Assembly: GCA_963817895.1 (NCBI GenBank) | Contig: CAWFQB010000002.1 | Location: 32,001-96,000 of the forward strand | Length of the DNA: 64,000 nucleotides | Reading direction: 5' to 3' | From: an uncultured Chthonomonadaceae bacterium | GTDB lineage: Bacteria > Armatimonadota > Chthonomonadetes > Chthonomonadales > Chthonomonadaceae | Part shown: in pieces, positions 12,117 through 21,719 of the stretch | How positions within the stretch are numbered: position 1 is the first letter of the stretch | Layout: each line of letters opens with the position of its first letter | The notes under the pieces: generated by a model | Databases searched by the model: none | The model's input: the letters and a program-made list of their open reading frames with translations, nothing else | Told to the model about the DNA's origin: nothing | Made by a program: the position numbers and the translations under genes

Positions 12117-14978
12117 ATGGTGACACTGGATGCGCGAATTGCCCCCGCCGGCGACGTAACGCTGATGTTCACGGACATCGAGGGTTCCACGCGGGGATGG
12201 GCCACTTATGAGGGACGCTTTCATGCGGCCCTGCTTCGCCACAACGAATTGCTGCGGAAGGCCATTGCCGCGTACAACGGGTATGAAGTAAAAACCATCG
12301 GCGACGCTTTCATGGTCGCTTTCGACAGCCCGCTGGCCTCCGCTCTCTGCGCGCTGGAGATCGAACGACTGATCGAGGCCGAACCCTTTGAGGAGGTGAA
12401 CGGCCTGCGCGTTCGCATCGGCCTGCATACCGGTGACATACAGCCGAGCGACGGCGATTATTTCGGCAACCCGGTCAACCGAACCGCGCGTATTGAGGCC
12501 GCAGCGCACGGCGGCATGATTCTCATGTCCGAAGACACGGCACAACGACTAACAGAGGATTTGCCGGATGGGGCCAGCCTGATTGATCACGGCTTCCACA
12601 CGCTCAAAGATTTGGGCGCGCCCCTCAAACTGTTCGGCCTGACGCACATTGACCTGCCGGTTCGAGACTATCCGCGCCTGAATACGCTGCCGCCCGAACT
12701 GCACAACTTTCCCGCCGAACTGACCAGTTTCGTGGGGCGTGACCGCGAAATCCGAGAACTCACCGAAATGCTCATTGAGGGCAAAAAGCGGCTGATTACC
12801 CTCACCGGGCCGGGGGGAACCGGTAAAACACGCCTGTCGCTGCAAGTGGCGGCAGAGTGCGTACAGCATTTCAAGCATGGTATGTGGCTGGTAGAACTGG
12901 CGGGCGTGTCGCGGGCGCAGGACGTGCCGGGCGCAGTCGCAATCGCGCTTGGCATCCCCCTTTCCACGGATGGCGATGTCAAAACGCAGGTGATTGCGCA
13001 TCTCAAAACCCGTACCTGCCTGCTGGTTCTGGACAATTTCGAGCAGGTGGTGGAAGCCGCCCGCTTTGTCAACGACCTGATGAAGCAGTGCGCCAAAGTT
13101 TCCATTATCGTCTCATCGCGGGAACTGCTGCAAATCGCCGGGGAACAGGAGTACCCGCTGGAACCGCTCGGCCTGCCCCCGGACAGCGTAACCGTGAAAA
13201 CGTGGCAGCAGTACGCCAGTCTGCGCCTGTTCGTGGAGCGCTGCATGGCCGCCCGTCCCGCTTTCAGCGTCACGGAAGACAATCTGGGCGATGTGGTCAC
13301 GATCTGCCGCCGCGTGGATGGCCTGCCCCTCGCGATGGAACTGACGGCGGCATTGTCGCGGGGAATGACGCCGCAGCAGATTGTACCCCGTTTGCAGGAC
13401 AGATTGCGGCTGCTGGCCTCGTCGCGCCGCGATCTGGAACCCCGGCAGCGTTCCATGCGAGGCGCGATTGACTGGAGCTACGACTTGCTCACGGAGGACG
13501 AGCGCACACTGTTCGCGGAGTTGTCTGTATTCGTCGGCGGGTTCAGCGCGGAAGCCGTAGACGCCGTATGCGAAACCCCGATGGCGTTCGACCTGATCTT
13601 CACCCTGCGGGACAAATCGCTCGTGCGGGGCGTGGAAGTAGACGGCGAAATGCGTTACGCCATGCTGGAAACTCTCCGCGAATACGCAAGAGAAAAACGC
13701 GAAGCCGACAATGCCAGTCCCGACCTGAATTTCCGCCACGCCACGTACTATCTGGAACAAGCGCAGAATTGGAGTTCGCAACTGGACGGCTCCGAGGCGG
13801 CAATGGCGCAGCGCCATTTTCAGCGTGAAATTGACAACATGCGAACCGGCATGGATTGGGCGGTCGGGCAGGACGATTGCGAAATGGTGTCCAGGTATGG
13901 CCGCGCGCTTGCCCGGTTCTTTCTCGCCAAAGGCTTGTATGAGGAGGGCGACCAGCGATTGGCAACAGCAGCGGAAGCCTGTCGGAATGGCGGCGATCAG
14001 CAATCCTTAGCTCTGCTGCTGCTACAGCGCGGACGTGTCGCCTTTCGACGCATGCTTTTAGATGACGCAAATCAATTTTATCAGGCAAGTTATGATATAA
14101 GCAAACAGATTGAGGACACACAGCGATTGATTCCGGCTCTCGGAAACCTGGGCAACGTCGCGTGGGCTAAAAACGATCATCAAAAGGCGCAAGCATTTTG
14201 GGAGGAGGGACTGATGCTTGCGCGGGAAACCCGACAACCCCGCTACGAAGCCGGAATGCTTGACAATCTTGGTATTCTCGCCACCAATAAGGGCGATTTT
14301 GAGGCTGCGACCCTTTACTATGAACAAGCTTTGTACATTCACCAGCAGGCTAAAGATAAGCGATTGACAGCATACGCGCTCATGCATCTCGGAGAAGCAC
14401 TACAGGGACAAGAGCAGTACTCGCAGGCATTCGCGAGTATGCAGGAGAGCCACAATCTATTCCTGGAGCTTGGGGCACGAATGGAAACTGCCATCACTGC
14501 CATTAATTTGGGCCAACTCCTTCTGGAAACCAGCGATATACAAAATGCGGCGCGGCATATTGACATGGGACTGGCAACCGCGCGCGAAATCAAGGACGCG
14601 CGTTGCGAGATGTACGGCCTGACGGCGCAGGGTTGTCTCTACTTAAAACAAGATGATCCCCGGCAGGCTCTTTCCAGCCTGCGCCAATCCCTGCGCCTTG
14701 CGCACCGGATTGAAGATCACAAGCAGACCGTACAAATTTTGTACCATGCGGGCTTATGCTTACAGATACAGGAGCAGTGGAAAGCCGCATACCGGATTTT
14801 TGCGGTTGCGCAACGGGAACACCGGGCGCACAATTTGTGGGGCGATCACCTTCTTGAACCTGTCATGCGCCAGTTGCGAATTGTTTTGAACGCTGCTGCC
14901 GTGCATTCGCTCGAGGAGCAGGCGGAAACCTGCGAGATTGTGTCTCTGCTAGATATATTTGAGCCTATTTCCCCGTAA
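12117..14978 (+). CDS. Class III adenylate/guanylate cyclase - STAND NTPase - TPR protein
   Basis: FTDIEGST, KTIGDAFM, RVRIGLHTG, NRTARI; Walker A GPGGTGKT, Walker B LLVLDNFE, GLPLAMEL; C-terminal TPRs. Confidence 0.9.
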   Translation: MVTLDARIAPAGDVTLMFTDIEGSTRGWATYEGRFHAALLRHNELLRKAIAAYNGYEVKTIGDAFMVAFDSPLASALCALEIERLIEAEPFEEVNGLRVRIGLHTGDIQPSDGDYFGNPVNRTARIEAAAHGGMILMSEDTAQRLTEDLPDGASLIDHGFHTLKDLGAPLKLFGLTHIDLPVRDYPRLNTLPPELHNFPAELTSFVGRDREIRELTEMLIEGKKRLITLTGPGGTGKTRLSLQVAAECVQHFKHGMWLVELAGVSRAQDVPGAVAIALGIPLSTDGDVKTQVIAHLKTRTCLLVLDNFEQVVEAARFVNDLMKQCAKVSIIVSSRELLQIAGEQEYPLEPLGLPPDSVTVKTWQQYASLRLFVERCMAARPAFSVTEDNLGDVVTICRRVDGLPLAMELTAALSRGMTPQQIVPRLQDRLRLLASSRRDLEPRQRSMRGAIDWSYDLLTEDERTLFAELSVFVGGFSAEAVDAVCETPMAFDLIFTLRDKSLVRGVEVDGEMRYAMLETLREYAREKREADNASPDLNFRHATYYLEQAQNWSSQLDGSEAAMAQRHFQREIDNMRTGMDWAVGQDDCEMVSRYGRALARFFLAKGLYEEGDQRLATAAEACRNGGDQQSLALLLLQRGRVAFRRMLLDDANQFYQASYDISKQIEDTQRLIPALGNLGNVAWAKNDHQKAQAFWEEGLMLARETRQPRYEAGMLDNLGILATNKGDFEAATLYYEQALYIHQQAKDKRLTAYALMHLGEALQGQEQYSQAFASMQESHNLFLELGARMETAITAINLGQLLLETSDIQNAARHIDMGLATAREIKDARCEMYGLTAQGCLYLKQDDPRQALSSLRQSLRLAHRIEDHKQTVQILYHAGLCLQIQEQWKAAYRIFAVAQREHRAHNLWGDHLLEPVMRQLRIVLNAAAVHSLEEQAETCEIVSLLDIFEPISP

Positions 14979-15028
14979 AAAGACGTGGATTTTCTTTTTT
15001 TATAGCAAAACAAGGAAAATGCGCTGAT

Positions 15029-15044
15029 TGGCACGAATTATGCA
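15029..15044 (+). promoter_or_regulatory. Sigma-54 (-24/-12) promoter of the PEP-CTERM gene
   Basis: TGGCACGAATTATGCA has GG-N10-GC spacing and lies ~95 nt upstream of the ATG. Confidence 0.7.
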
Positions 15045-15138
15045 ATCTATTATGTTGATAGATTAAGCACTGCCATTCTGCGGCACAAACTATATCCAAC
15101 ACTTTTCGCGTTCGTAATCCTTCACCCATGGAGTTCTG

Positions 15139-15816
15139 ATGAAACCACTTTTTCTGCCGCTTCTCGTATCTGCGCTCGGCCTCGCGCTTTCTGCCGCTCC
15201 CTCGCTTGCGCAATCAATTGGCCCGCCCGCGCCAACGCCTGTGACCGCGACATATACCATCCCTACGGATTTCGATCCCGATTCGGTTACGTTTACATCC
15301 ACCGGGCAGACGTTTGCCATCACGGATCAAACCGACCCGATTACCGGGCAGTTGTTGTCGCCGCTGTCGAATGGCGGCGGTGGTCTTAACATTTTTGCCG
15401 CTGTTCCCAATCCTCTCGGCGCCAATTCCGCTACCATACCGATTGTGGAAGTAGATTTCTTCACAACTTACACCGGACCAATCACGCTTGTCAGCCTGGC
15501 CGGTTTTGGTTCCGGCGCCACTCCCTGGTTTGCGGAGATGTTGAATCCTCCCGTCGGGCAGGCGTTTCGCTTCTACAAAACCCTGCCCACGCAGGCCAAC
15601 ATCAACACCACCAATCCCAGCATTGACCCTACCGAGTATGCTATTTTCACTCTCACTCCCCGCGATCCTAACGACGCGGTGTTCTTGAATTCATTGTTCA
15701 CTATCAGCGGCTTCACGTCCGTTCAGAACGTTCCCGAACCAGGGACAATCGCCCTTTTCGGCGCGCTTGCCGTCAGCGGCGGCGTGGCGTGGCGACGGAG
15801 AAGGCGGACTGTCTGA
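15139..15816 (+). CDS. PEP-CTERM sorting-domain protein
   Basis: Signal peptide; C-terminal VPEPGT + hydrophobic helix + WRRRRR. Confidence 0.92.
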   Translation: MKPLFLPLLVSALGLALSAAPSLAQSIGPPAPTPVTATYTIPTDFDPDSVTFTSTGQTFAITDQTDPITGQLLSPLSNGGGGLNIFAAVPNPLGANSATIPIVEVDFFTTYTGPITLVSLAGFGSGATPWFAEMLNPPVGQAFRFYKTLPTQANINTTNPSIDPTEYAIFTLTPRDPNDAVFLNSLFTISGFTSVQNVPEPGTIALFGALAVSGGVAWRRRRRTV

Positions 15817-15955
15817 ACCATGATCAGGCATGATTTTGATGATTACCATGATGCTGCGCTGTTTTAATGTGTGATTTGTCTGATTAGCGAAAGGCTATGA
15901 GGAAGGCGCCTCCTCAATCATGGTAATCACAAAAATCATGCCTGATCATGGTTCA
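15814..15955. repeat. MITE-like element with ~39-bp imperfect terminal inverted repeats
   Basis: TGAACCATGATCAGGCATGATTTT..GATTACCATGAT / ATCATGGTAATC..AAAATCATGCCTGATCATGGTTCA. Confidence 0.75.
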
Positions 15956-17152
15956 AGACAATAAAGCCCTGTCCAGATCATCCCACAGGTCTTCAACGGT
16001 TTCCAACCCGATGTGCAGGCGGATGAGCCAATGCGGTTCGGCTTCTCCGATGGCCGCGCCTGCTGCAAGGGAGGGGAGCGCGAGGCTTTCGAAGCCGCCC
16101 CAACTGCACCCGATGGCGAAGTAGCGCAGGGCGTCCACCACGCGGTACGCTTCTTCTTTGCCCGGTTTCTTCAGCATCACGCTCATCAGGCCGTTCGTTC
16201 CGCGCAGTTGTTTGCGCGTAAGTTCGGCCTGCGGGTCGTCAGGCAGGCCGGGATAAAACACCCGCGCCACGCTCGGATGTTCGCGCAGGGCGTTGGCGAT
16301 GCGCTTGCCGCTCTGCTGATGGCGTTCCATGCGTATCGGAAGCGTTCGCAGGCCGCGCAGCAGCAGCCACGCGGCAAACGGATCGAGCATCGCGCCGAGC
16401 AGACAGCCCTCGTCGAACGTCAGTTTCCGCATCCGCTCCGCGTTTCCAACCACAACCCCTGCTGTAACGTCGCTATGCCCGCCGAGATATTTGGTGGCCG
16501 AATGTACGACCAGATCAATGCCATGCGCGAGCGGGTTCTGGTAAATTGGCGTCGCCCACGAGTTGTCAATCACGGTGGACGCGCCCCATTCGCGGGCAAG
16601 GTGGGCTATCGCGCTCAAATCCTGCTGCTTCATCACCACGCTTGATGGCGATTCCAGATACAGGAGGGTAGTATTCGGGCGCAGCGCGTCCGCCCACTCC
16701 TGCGTATCACCCCCATCCACAAACGTCACGCCGATGTTGAAGCGTTTCAAATAGTCGCGCAAAAACTGCCGGGTCGGGCCGTATGTGGTTTCCGGCGCAA
16801 TTACATGGTCGCCCGCTTTGACACAGGCCAGTATCGCGGCGGAGACCGCGCCCATGCCGCTGCCAAAGCACCGCGCCCGTTCCCCACCCTCCAGAGCGGC
16901 AATCTTCGCCTCGGCAATATCCGTTGTCGGGTTGCACACCCGCGAGTAGTCGTACACTTCGGACACGCCGCCCGCTGGATGCCCGTCCTCCTCCGAAGTG
17001 GGCGCGTAATTACGCTCCCGCGCCGCGCAGTTCGGAAAGGTAAACAGCGAATTCTGGTAAATCGGCGGAATCACCGCGCCCCGGTACTCTTCAGGGTTCT
17101 CGCCTAAATGCGCGCAAATAGTTTCAAAGTGGGGTCGTTCGTCGGAAGGCAT
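15953..17152 (-). CDS. PLP-dependent trans-sulfuration enzyme (cystathionine beta-lyase/gamma-synthase family)
   Basis: PPIYQNSLF, YSR..NPT, SGMGA, DNSWATP, HSATKYLGGHSD, SWGGFESL. Confidence 0.9.
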   Translation of the reverse strand: MPSDERPHFETICAHLGENPEEYRGAVIPPIYQNSLFTFPNCAARERNYAPTSEEDGHPAGGVSEVYDYSRVCNPTTDIAEAKIAALEGGERARCFGSGMGAVSAAILACVKAGDHVIAPETTYGPTRQFLRDYLKRFNIGVTFVDGGDTQEWADALRPNTTLLYLESPSSVVMKQQDLSAIAHLAREWGASTVIDNSWATPIYQNPLAHGIDLVVHSATKYLGGHSDVTAGVVVGNAERMRKLTFDEGCLLGAMLDPFAAWLLLRGLRTLPIRMERHQQSGKRIANALREHPSVARVFYPGLPDDPQAELTRKQLRGTNGLMSVMLKKPGKEEAYRVVDALRYFAIGCSWGGFESLALPSLAAGAAIGEAEPHWLIRLHIGLETVEDLWDDLDRALLS

Positions 17153-17164
17153 TGGCAACTCCGG

Positions 17165-17282
17165 TGTTCAGGTATTCAGGTGTTCAGGTGTTCAGGAACT
17201 AAACTGCAAGCCTGCCGCGCAAAAGCAAACATGTGCCTCTTGCATTGTCCTGAACACCCGAATACCTGAATACCTGAATACC
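17165..17282. repeat. Inverted arrays of the octamer (GGTRTTCA)n / (TGAAYACC)n
   Basis: About four copies on each side in opposite orientation; related GGTGTTC repeats at 1856-1879. Confidence 0.75.
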
Positions 17283-17288
17283 CTCTCC

Positions 17289-17873
17289 TTATATCTTCGT
17301 CATTTTATCCTGGATGTCGTCCACGCCAAAGCCAAGATCGTCTTCGCTCGGCGCGGGATAGTCTTCAATATACCATTTCGCGCCCACTTTGCGGCATTTG
17401 ATCTGGCGGATTCGCTCCACTTTGTATTTGCCGTCCTCGTCCGTGTAGGTCCCTTTTTCCGTCACGGACGCGACAATGTGCGTGGCGTCCCCCGGCGTCA
17501 TGCCGCGCAGGGTGTAAGCGGTGGGTATGAACGTGCCGCGCGGACGCTCGAACAGAATGGGCGGATGCTTGCTGCCGGGCATATCTTTCGGACCATACCC
17601 TTGCAGCCACTGATACCGCTTTTCCACCATCAGGTCGTCGGGGTTGGGCGTCATCAGCTTTTTAATCATCGTCACTTTGTCTTTGCGCTGATACGCTTTC
17701 TCGAACTGCGTGACAAGCGCGGTCACTTCCACTTTCGCGCTGCCGCCCTTTTCCGCAGCCGCCGCTTTGGTTTTGCGCGGCGGTTTGGCGTAGGCGTTCA
17801 TGCTGCCTGCGCCTACTATAACTCCCATCGCGCTCACCACCGCCAGCGCAGATTTAGCCAAATTTGTTCTCAT
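17289..17873 (-). CDS. Secreted hypothetical protein (possible NTF2-like fold)
   Basis: Signal peptide MRTNLAKSALAVV..AYA; ends ..CRKVGAKWYI; RBS GAAGGA. Confidence 0.6.
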   Translation of the reverse strand: MRTNLAKSALAVVSAMGVIVGAGSMNAYAKPPRKTKAAAAEKGGSAKVEVTALVTQFEKAYQRKDKVTMIKKLMTPNPDDLMVEKRYQWLQGYGPKDMPGSKHPPILFERPRGTFIPTAYTLRGMTPGDATHIVASVTEKGTYTDEDGKYKVERIRQIKCRKVGAKWYIEDYPAPSEDDLGFGVDDIQDKMTKI

Positions 17874-18288
17874 GTCTTTCCTTCCTTCATAGTTCATTTT
17901 GGTACTTAGCCTCCATATGCGATTAGCACTCTGTCACATGAAATTAGCGCCTCCCCTTCTCCCAAGCTTTTTTGGGAGAAGGGGCCGGGGGTTGAGGGCT
18001 ACTCTCTTTACTTCGTCACGCGCTACCGAAAACCCTTCTTCGCCATGAGTACGTTCCCTCGCTTGCGTCGTGACACTATCCCTGAATCGGACAACATTCC
18101 TAAAATAAAGTGTCAGGAGATGAAAAACACGTCAAATGCGCCAAAAACCTGTAACAGCAGGAGAAACCAGACGACAAATAGAATATCACCTTTGTGCTTC
18201 TTAAATTAAAGATTAGCCCCTCTCCTAGCGACGCAGGAGCGGTCAGGAGAGGGGTTGGGGTGAGGTAAATTCAGGACAGGAGCGGCAG

Positions 18289-19617
18289 ATGCTGACGATT
18301 GCAGGCGGGAAACGGGGCGGATTTTGTGACGGCGTGACGCGGCGCGAATTTTTGAAGATCGGCGGGCTGGCATTGGGCGGATTGGGCCTGACCGACATAC
18401 TCGCGGCGGAAGCGCGGGCGGGCATTCGCTCGTCTCACAAAGCCATTATCATGGTCTATTTGCCCGGCGGCCCGCCGCATCAGGATATGTTCGATCTGAA
18501 GATGGACGCGCCGAGCGAAATACGCGGCGAGTTCAAGCCCATCAAGACCAAAGTGCCGGGAATTGAAATTTGCGAACACCTGCCCAAAATCGCCGCCATG
18601 ATGGACAAGTTTGCCATCATTCGTTCGCTTGTCGGGGCGCGGGATGAACACGATGCCAGCGTTTGTCTGAGCGGCTATTCGGCTGCCGAGTTAGCCCAAA
18701 ACCACGCGCCCTGTCTTGGCTCGGTCGTGTCCTACCTGAACGGGCCGGTTGACAAGACCGTACCCGCGTTTGTCGGACTTTCGCCGCGCATGGGCCACAT
18801 GGAATGGGCGCTATCGGGCGATCCGGGCTTTTTGGGACTGGCGCACAGCCCGCTCAAACCCGAAGGCCCCCTCATGGCCGACATGACGCTCAATGGCATT
18901 TCGCTTGACCGCCTGCGTGACCGCCGCCTGCTGCTCAACAGTCTGGACCGCTTCCACCAGAAAGTAGACACGTTACAGGGCATGGACGCGCTGCATCAAC
19001 GCGCGTTCGACCTGCTGACTTCGCGCAAACTCGTGGACGCGCTGGACGTGAGCAAGGAAGACCCCAAAATACGCGCCCGTTATGGCGTGGGCGATGTGAA
19101 ACTTGTGGACGACGGCGGGCCGATGGCGAACGAGCATTTTCTAGTAGCGCGGCGTCTGGTGGAAGCAGGGGCGCGGTGCGTTACTATCGGCTACGGACGG
19201 TGGGACTATCACGACAAGAACTTCGCGCAATTGAAACTGCGCCTGCCGATGTTCGATCAGGCCGTGAGCGCGCTTGTGCAGGATATTTACGACCGGGGCA
19301 TGGATAAGGACGTTTCCGTTGTCGTGTGGGGAGAGTTCGGGCGTTCGCCGCGCATCAACAAGGACGGCGGGCGCGACCACTGGCCCCGCGTGGCAAGCGC
19401 ATTGCTGGCGGGCGGCGGCATGAGAACCGGGCAGGTCATCGGCTCCACAAACCGCTTCGGCGAAGAACCCGACTCGCGCCCCGTTCACTTCAAGGACGTG
19501 TTCGCGACCCTGTACCACAACATGGGCATCAACATCAAGGATACGCCCGTGATGGATTCGCTTTCCCGTCCCCACTACCTGCTCGACGACCACGACCCGG
19601 TTCAGGAACTCATTTAA
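18289..19617 (+). CDS. DUF1501 family protein (Tat-like leader)
   Basis: TRREFLKIGGL, GGPPHQDMFDLK, ARRLVEAG, WDYH, WGEFGRSP, GGRDHWP. Confidence 0.9.
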   Translation: MLTIAGGKRGGFCDGVTRREFLKIGGLALGGLGLTDILAAEARAGIRSSHKAIIMVYLPGGPPHQDMFDLKMDAPSEIRGEFKPIKTKVPGIEICEHLPKIAAMMDKFAIIRSLVGARDEHDASVCLSGYSAAELAQNHAPCLGSVVSYLNGPVDKTVPAFVGLSPRMGHMEWALSGDPGFLGLAHSPLKPEGPLMADMTLNGISLDRLRDRRLLLNSLDRFHQKVDTLQGMDALHQRAFDLLTSRKLVDALDVSKEDPKIRARYGVGDVKLVDDGGPMANEHFLVARRLVEAGARCVTIGYGRWDYHDKNFAQLKLRLPMFDQAVSALVQDIYDRGMDKDVSVVVWGEFGRSPRINKDGGRDHWPRVASALLAGGGMRTGQVIGSTNRFGEEPDSRPVHFKDVFATLYHNMGINIKDTPVMDSLSRPHYLLDDHDPVQELI

Positions 19618-19618
19618 C

Positions 19619-19660
19619 GAAAAAGGGGCGGGTGGTTCGCGAACCACCCGCCCCTTTTTC
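19619..19660. terminator. Bidirectional terminator (perfect 42-bp palindrome)
   Basis: GAAAAAGGGGCGGGTGGTTCG|CGAACCACCCGCCCCTTTTTC, between the DUF1501 gene and the convergent tRNA. Confidence 0.9.
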
Positions 19661-19662
19661 TA

Positions 19663-19745
19663 TGCCGAAGATGGGAGTCGAACCCATACGAGGTTGCCCT
19701 CGACGGTTTTTGAGACCGTTGCGTCTGCCATTCCGCCACTTCGGC
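19663..19745 (-). tRNA. tRNA-Leu(CAA)
   Basis: Minus strand GCCGAAGTGGCGGAATGGCAGACGC-ACGGT-CT CAA AA-ACCGT, long variable arm, GGGTTCGACTCCC-ATCTTCGGCA; CCA not encoded. Confidence 0.95.
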
Positions 19746-19757
19746 TTAACTCTTCGT

Positions 19758-19787
19758 ATTATACGGCACGTTCCCCTCTTCTGTCAA
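19758..19787 (-). promoter_or_regulatory. Sigma-70 promoter of tRNA-Leu
   Basis: TTGACA-N18-TATAAT on the minus strand. Confidence 0.8.
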
Positions 19788-19788
19788 T

Positions 19789-19911
19789 GTTAGGTTGTTA
19801 GTTGTTAGGTTGTCAGGTGTTAAGTTCTCAAGTTGTAATCTTGTCGCGCTGAAGTAAATGCCTTTCTTCACATTGTCCTGAAGACCTAACAACCTAACAA
19901 CTAACAACCTA
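19789..19911. repeat. Inverted arrays of 7/8-mer (GTTAGGTT/GTTAGTT)n ... (AACCTAAC/AACTAAC)n
   Basis: Visible directly; the same unit occurs at 5454-5477. Confidence 0.75.
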
Positions 19912-19936
19912 CCCCTTCCCTTGGTATAATAGAAGC

Positions 19937-20828
19937 ATGACTTCTTCGAGCCTGACGCCTGCCAACCTTGCCGCTGCCTCAAAAAGGGTTCCTTTCGTCG
20001 CCGTTTATTCGCGCATTGTTTGGAACAATGGCGCGGCGCGTTGTTACTCTTGTAATCGTGAGCTGCGGCAGTGGAGTGGGCTGTTGTGGTTCAATCAGCA
20101 TCGGCGTATGGGATGGCGGGAAGCGGTCAGTCCGGCGTACTGGGTGGCGCGTTCGCGGGGCGAAGATTTGTACGATCCGGCAAAAGGCTTGCTGATGCAC
20201 GGCAACCGGCAGCTTCGGAAGTGGCTTTGACCTTTGACGATGGGCCGCATGTGGAGAGTCGCGGGCGAAATTTTAGATACGCTGAAACAGTATGGGGCGC
20301 ACGCCACTTTTTTTGATGTGGGCGAACATATGACTCGCGCAGCCGGAGCTGGTAAAGCGCACCCTTGCCGAAGGACATGAGATCGCCAACCATTCCAATA
20401 CGCACCTGCGCCTCGACGGACTTTCCCCTCGTGACCGCCACCGCGAAATAAACGACGCGGCCATTGCCTTTTACCGCGTGAGCGCACAGCATTTGACCCT
20501 GTTGCGCCCGCCCGGAATGAGAGTCAATGATGCCGTTTTTGCCGATTGCCGCGATCTAGGCTATACCGTTGTCGGCTACAACACGGTTGCCCGCGACGCC
20601 GACCCGGAAACCGAGCCAGATTTCATTGTGCAGCGCACCTGTGACCGCGTAGAGAACGGCAGTATCCTGCTTCTGCACGATTACCCCGCAACCGCTAGAG
20701 CTTTGCCGGAAATTCTCAAACGCCTGAAATCCGAAGGTTATCATTTCGTTACCGTATCCGAAATGATTGACCATCTTCCCCCGCTCCCGCATCAGCAGGT
20801 TCTCGCCTTTCAGCAAGCGCATCCGTAG
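19937..20828 (+). CDS. Polysaccharide deacetylase (NodB/CE4), frameshifted
   Basis: VALTFDDGPH, EGHEIANHSNTH, LRPPG and ILLLHD spread across frames. Confidence 0.8.
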
Positions 20829-20856
20829 CAGTATCAACAGCAAGGCTGACAGGTTC

Positions 20857-21231
20857 CTATGGCACGGGCAGACGCCGCAACGTGAACACGCCGCCGTCCA
20901 CAATCGGCATATCCAGATGATAGCCATACATCAATGAAATACCAATGAGCGCGTCTCCATTAGTTTCATTCACAGGAACCGCCAAAGGCTGTCCGTCCCA
21001 CATAACAGTTGCTTCATAAACCCGAAGCGCTATGGAACTTCCGTCCGCAAGCGTTCCTCTGCCCGCTCTTCTGTAGCGCAGGCCAAGCGCGGCGATTATG
21101 TGAGGCGGTAATGTCAGCCATGCCGTAAAGCCGGTATCTAAAACTCCGTCAATTTCGTGTGGATGTCCGGCGGCATCCAAAACTATCAGCCGCAAAATTC
21201 CTTCGCGGTGAGCGGTCATAACTCCATTCAT
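20857..21231 (-). CDS. Clan AA aspartic protease (AF_0612-like)
   Basis: VLDTGFTAWLTLP, TLADGS, ALIGISLM. Confidence 0.85.
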   Translation of the reverse strand: MNGVMTAHREGILRLIVLDAAGHPHEIDGVLDTGFTAWLTLPPHIIAALGLRYRRAGRGTLADGSSIALRVYEATVMWDGQPLAVPVNETNGDALIGISLMYGYHLDMPIVDGGVFTLRRLPVP

Positions 21232-21497
21232 TATCGCGCGCGTCCTCCACCCAAGCGGTGCGTGTAGCCGTATCCGACCCGAACCATCCAGACCTGAGCC
21301 ATTGGAAGTCGCGCCTCCATTTTCGCGGCAGCGGAAAGTTCATCCTCGCCGATTTCCCACGCGCCGGTGTCAAGATCAATCATCACCCATTCGCCATTGT
21401 GGTCAGGTTCAACGACAGGCTTCACGGCGCGATTGTATATTTCGTCTCCAAGCCGCGCGGCTTCTTCGGGCGCATACCGGGGTTGCAATACGGGCAT
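21231..21497 (-). CDS. Small DUF5678-like protein paired with the aspartic protease
   Basis: EEAARLGDEIY..GEWVMIDLDTGAWEI..VRVGY; RBS GGAG; paralogue at 63210. An in-frame upstream extension runs to 21638. Confidence 0.7.
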   Translation of the reverse strand: MPVLQPRYAPEEAARLGDEIYNRAVKPVVEPDHNGEWVMIDLDTGAWEIGEDELSAAAKMEARLPMAQVWMVRVGYGYTHRLGGGRAR

Positions 21498-21719
21498 TGT
21501 TGTTTCTCCTTCGCCGTTCTTATCTGGTTGAAATTCATTTATCAAATGCGCGGCAAAGCGGTTTGGACGCGCGGTTGCATAATCTACATGGTACTCAGGC
21601 CGCAGTTCTTCCGTATCATGTTGCTTATGCGCCGACATTGTATGACTCCTTTTCTTCCCGCGTTTTCGCGTTGTTGCCTATCAGTATAGCAAATGCGGAT
21701 GGGTTTGACAAGCGCGGGT

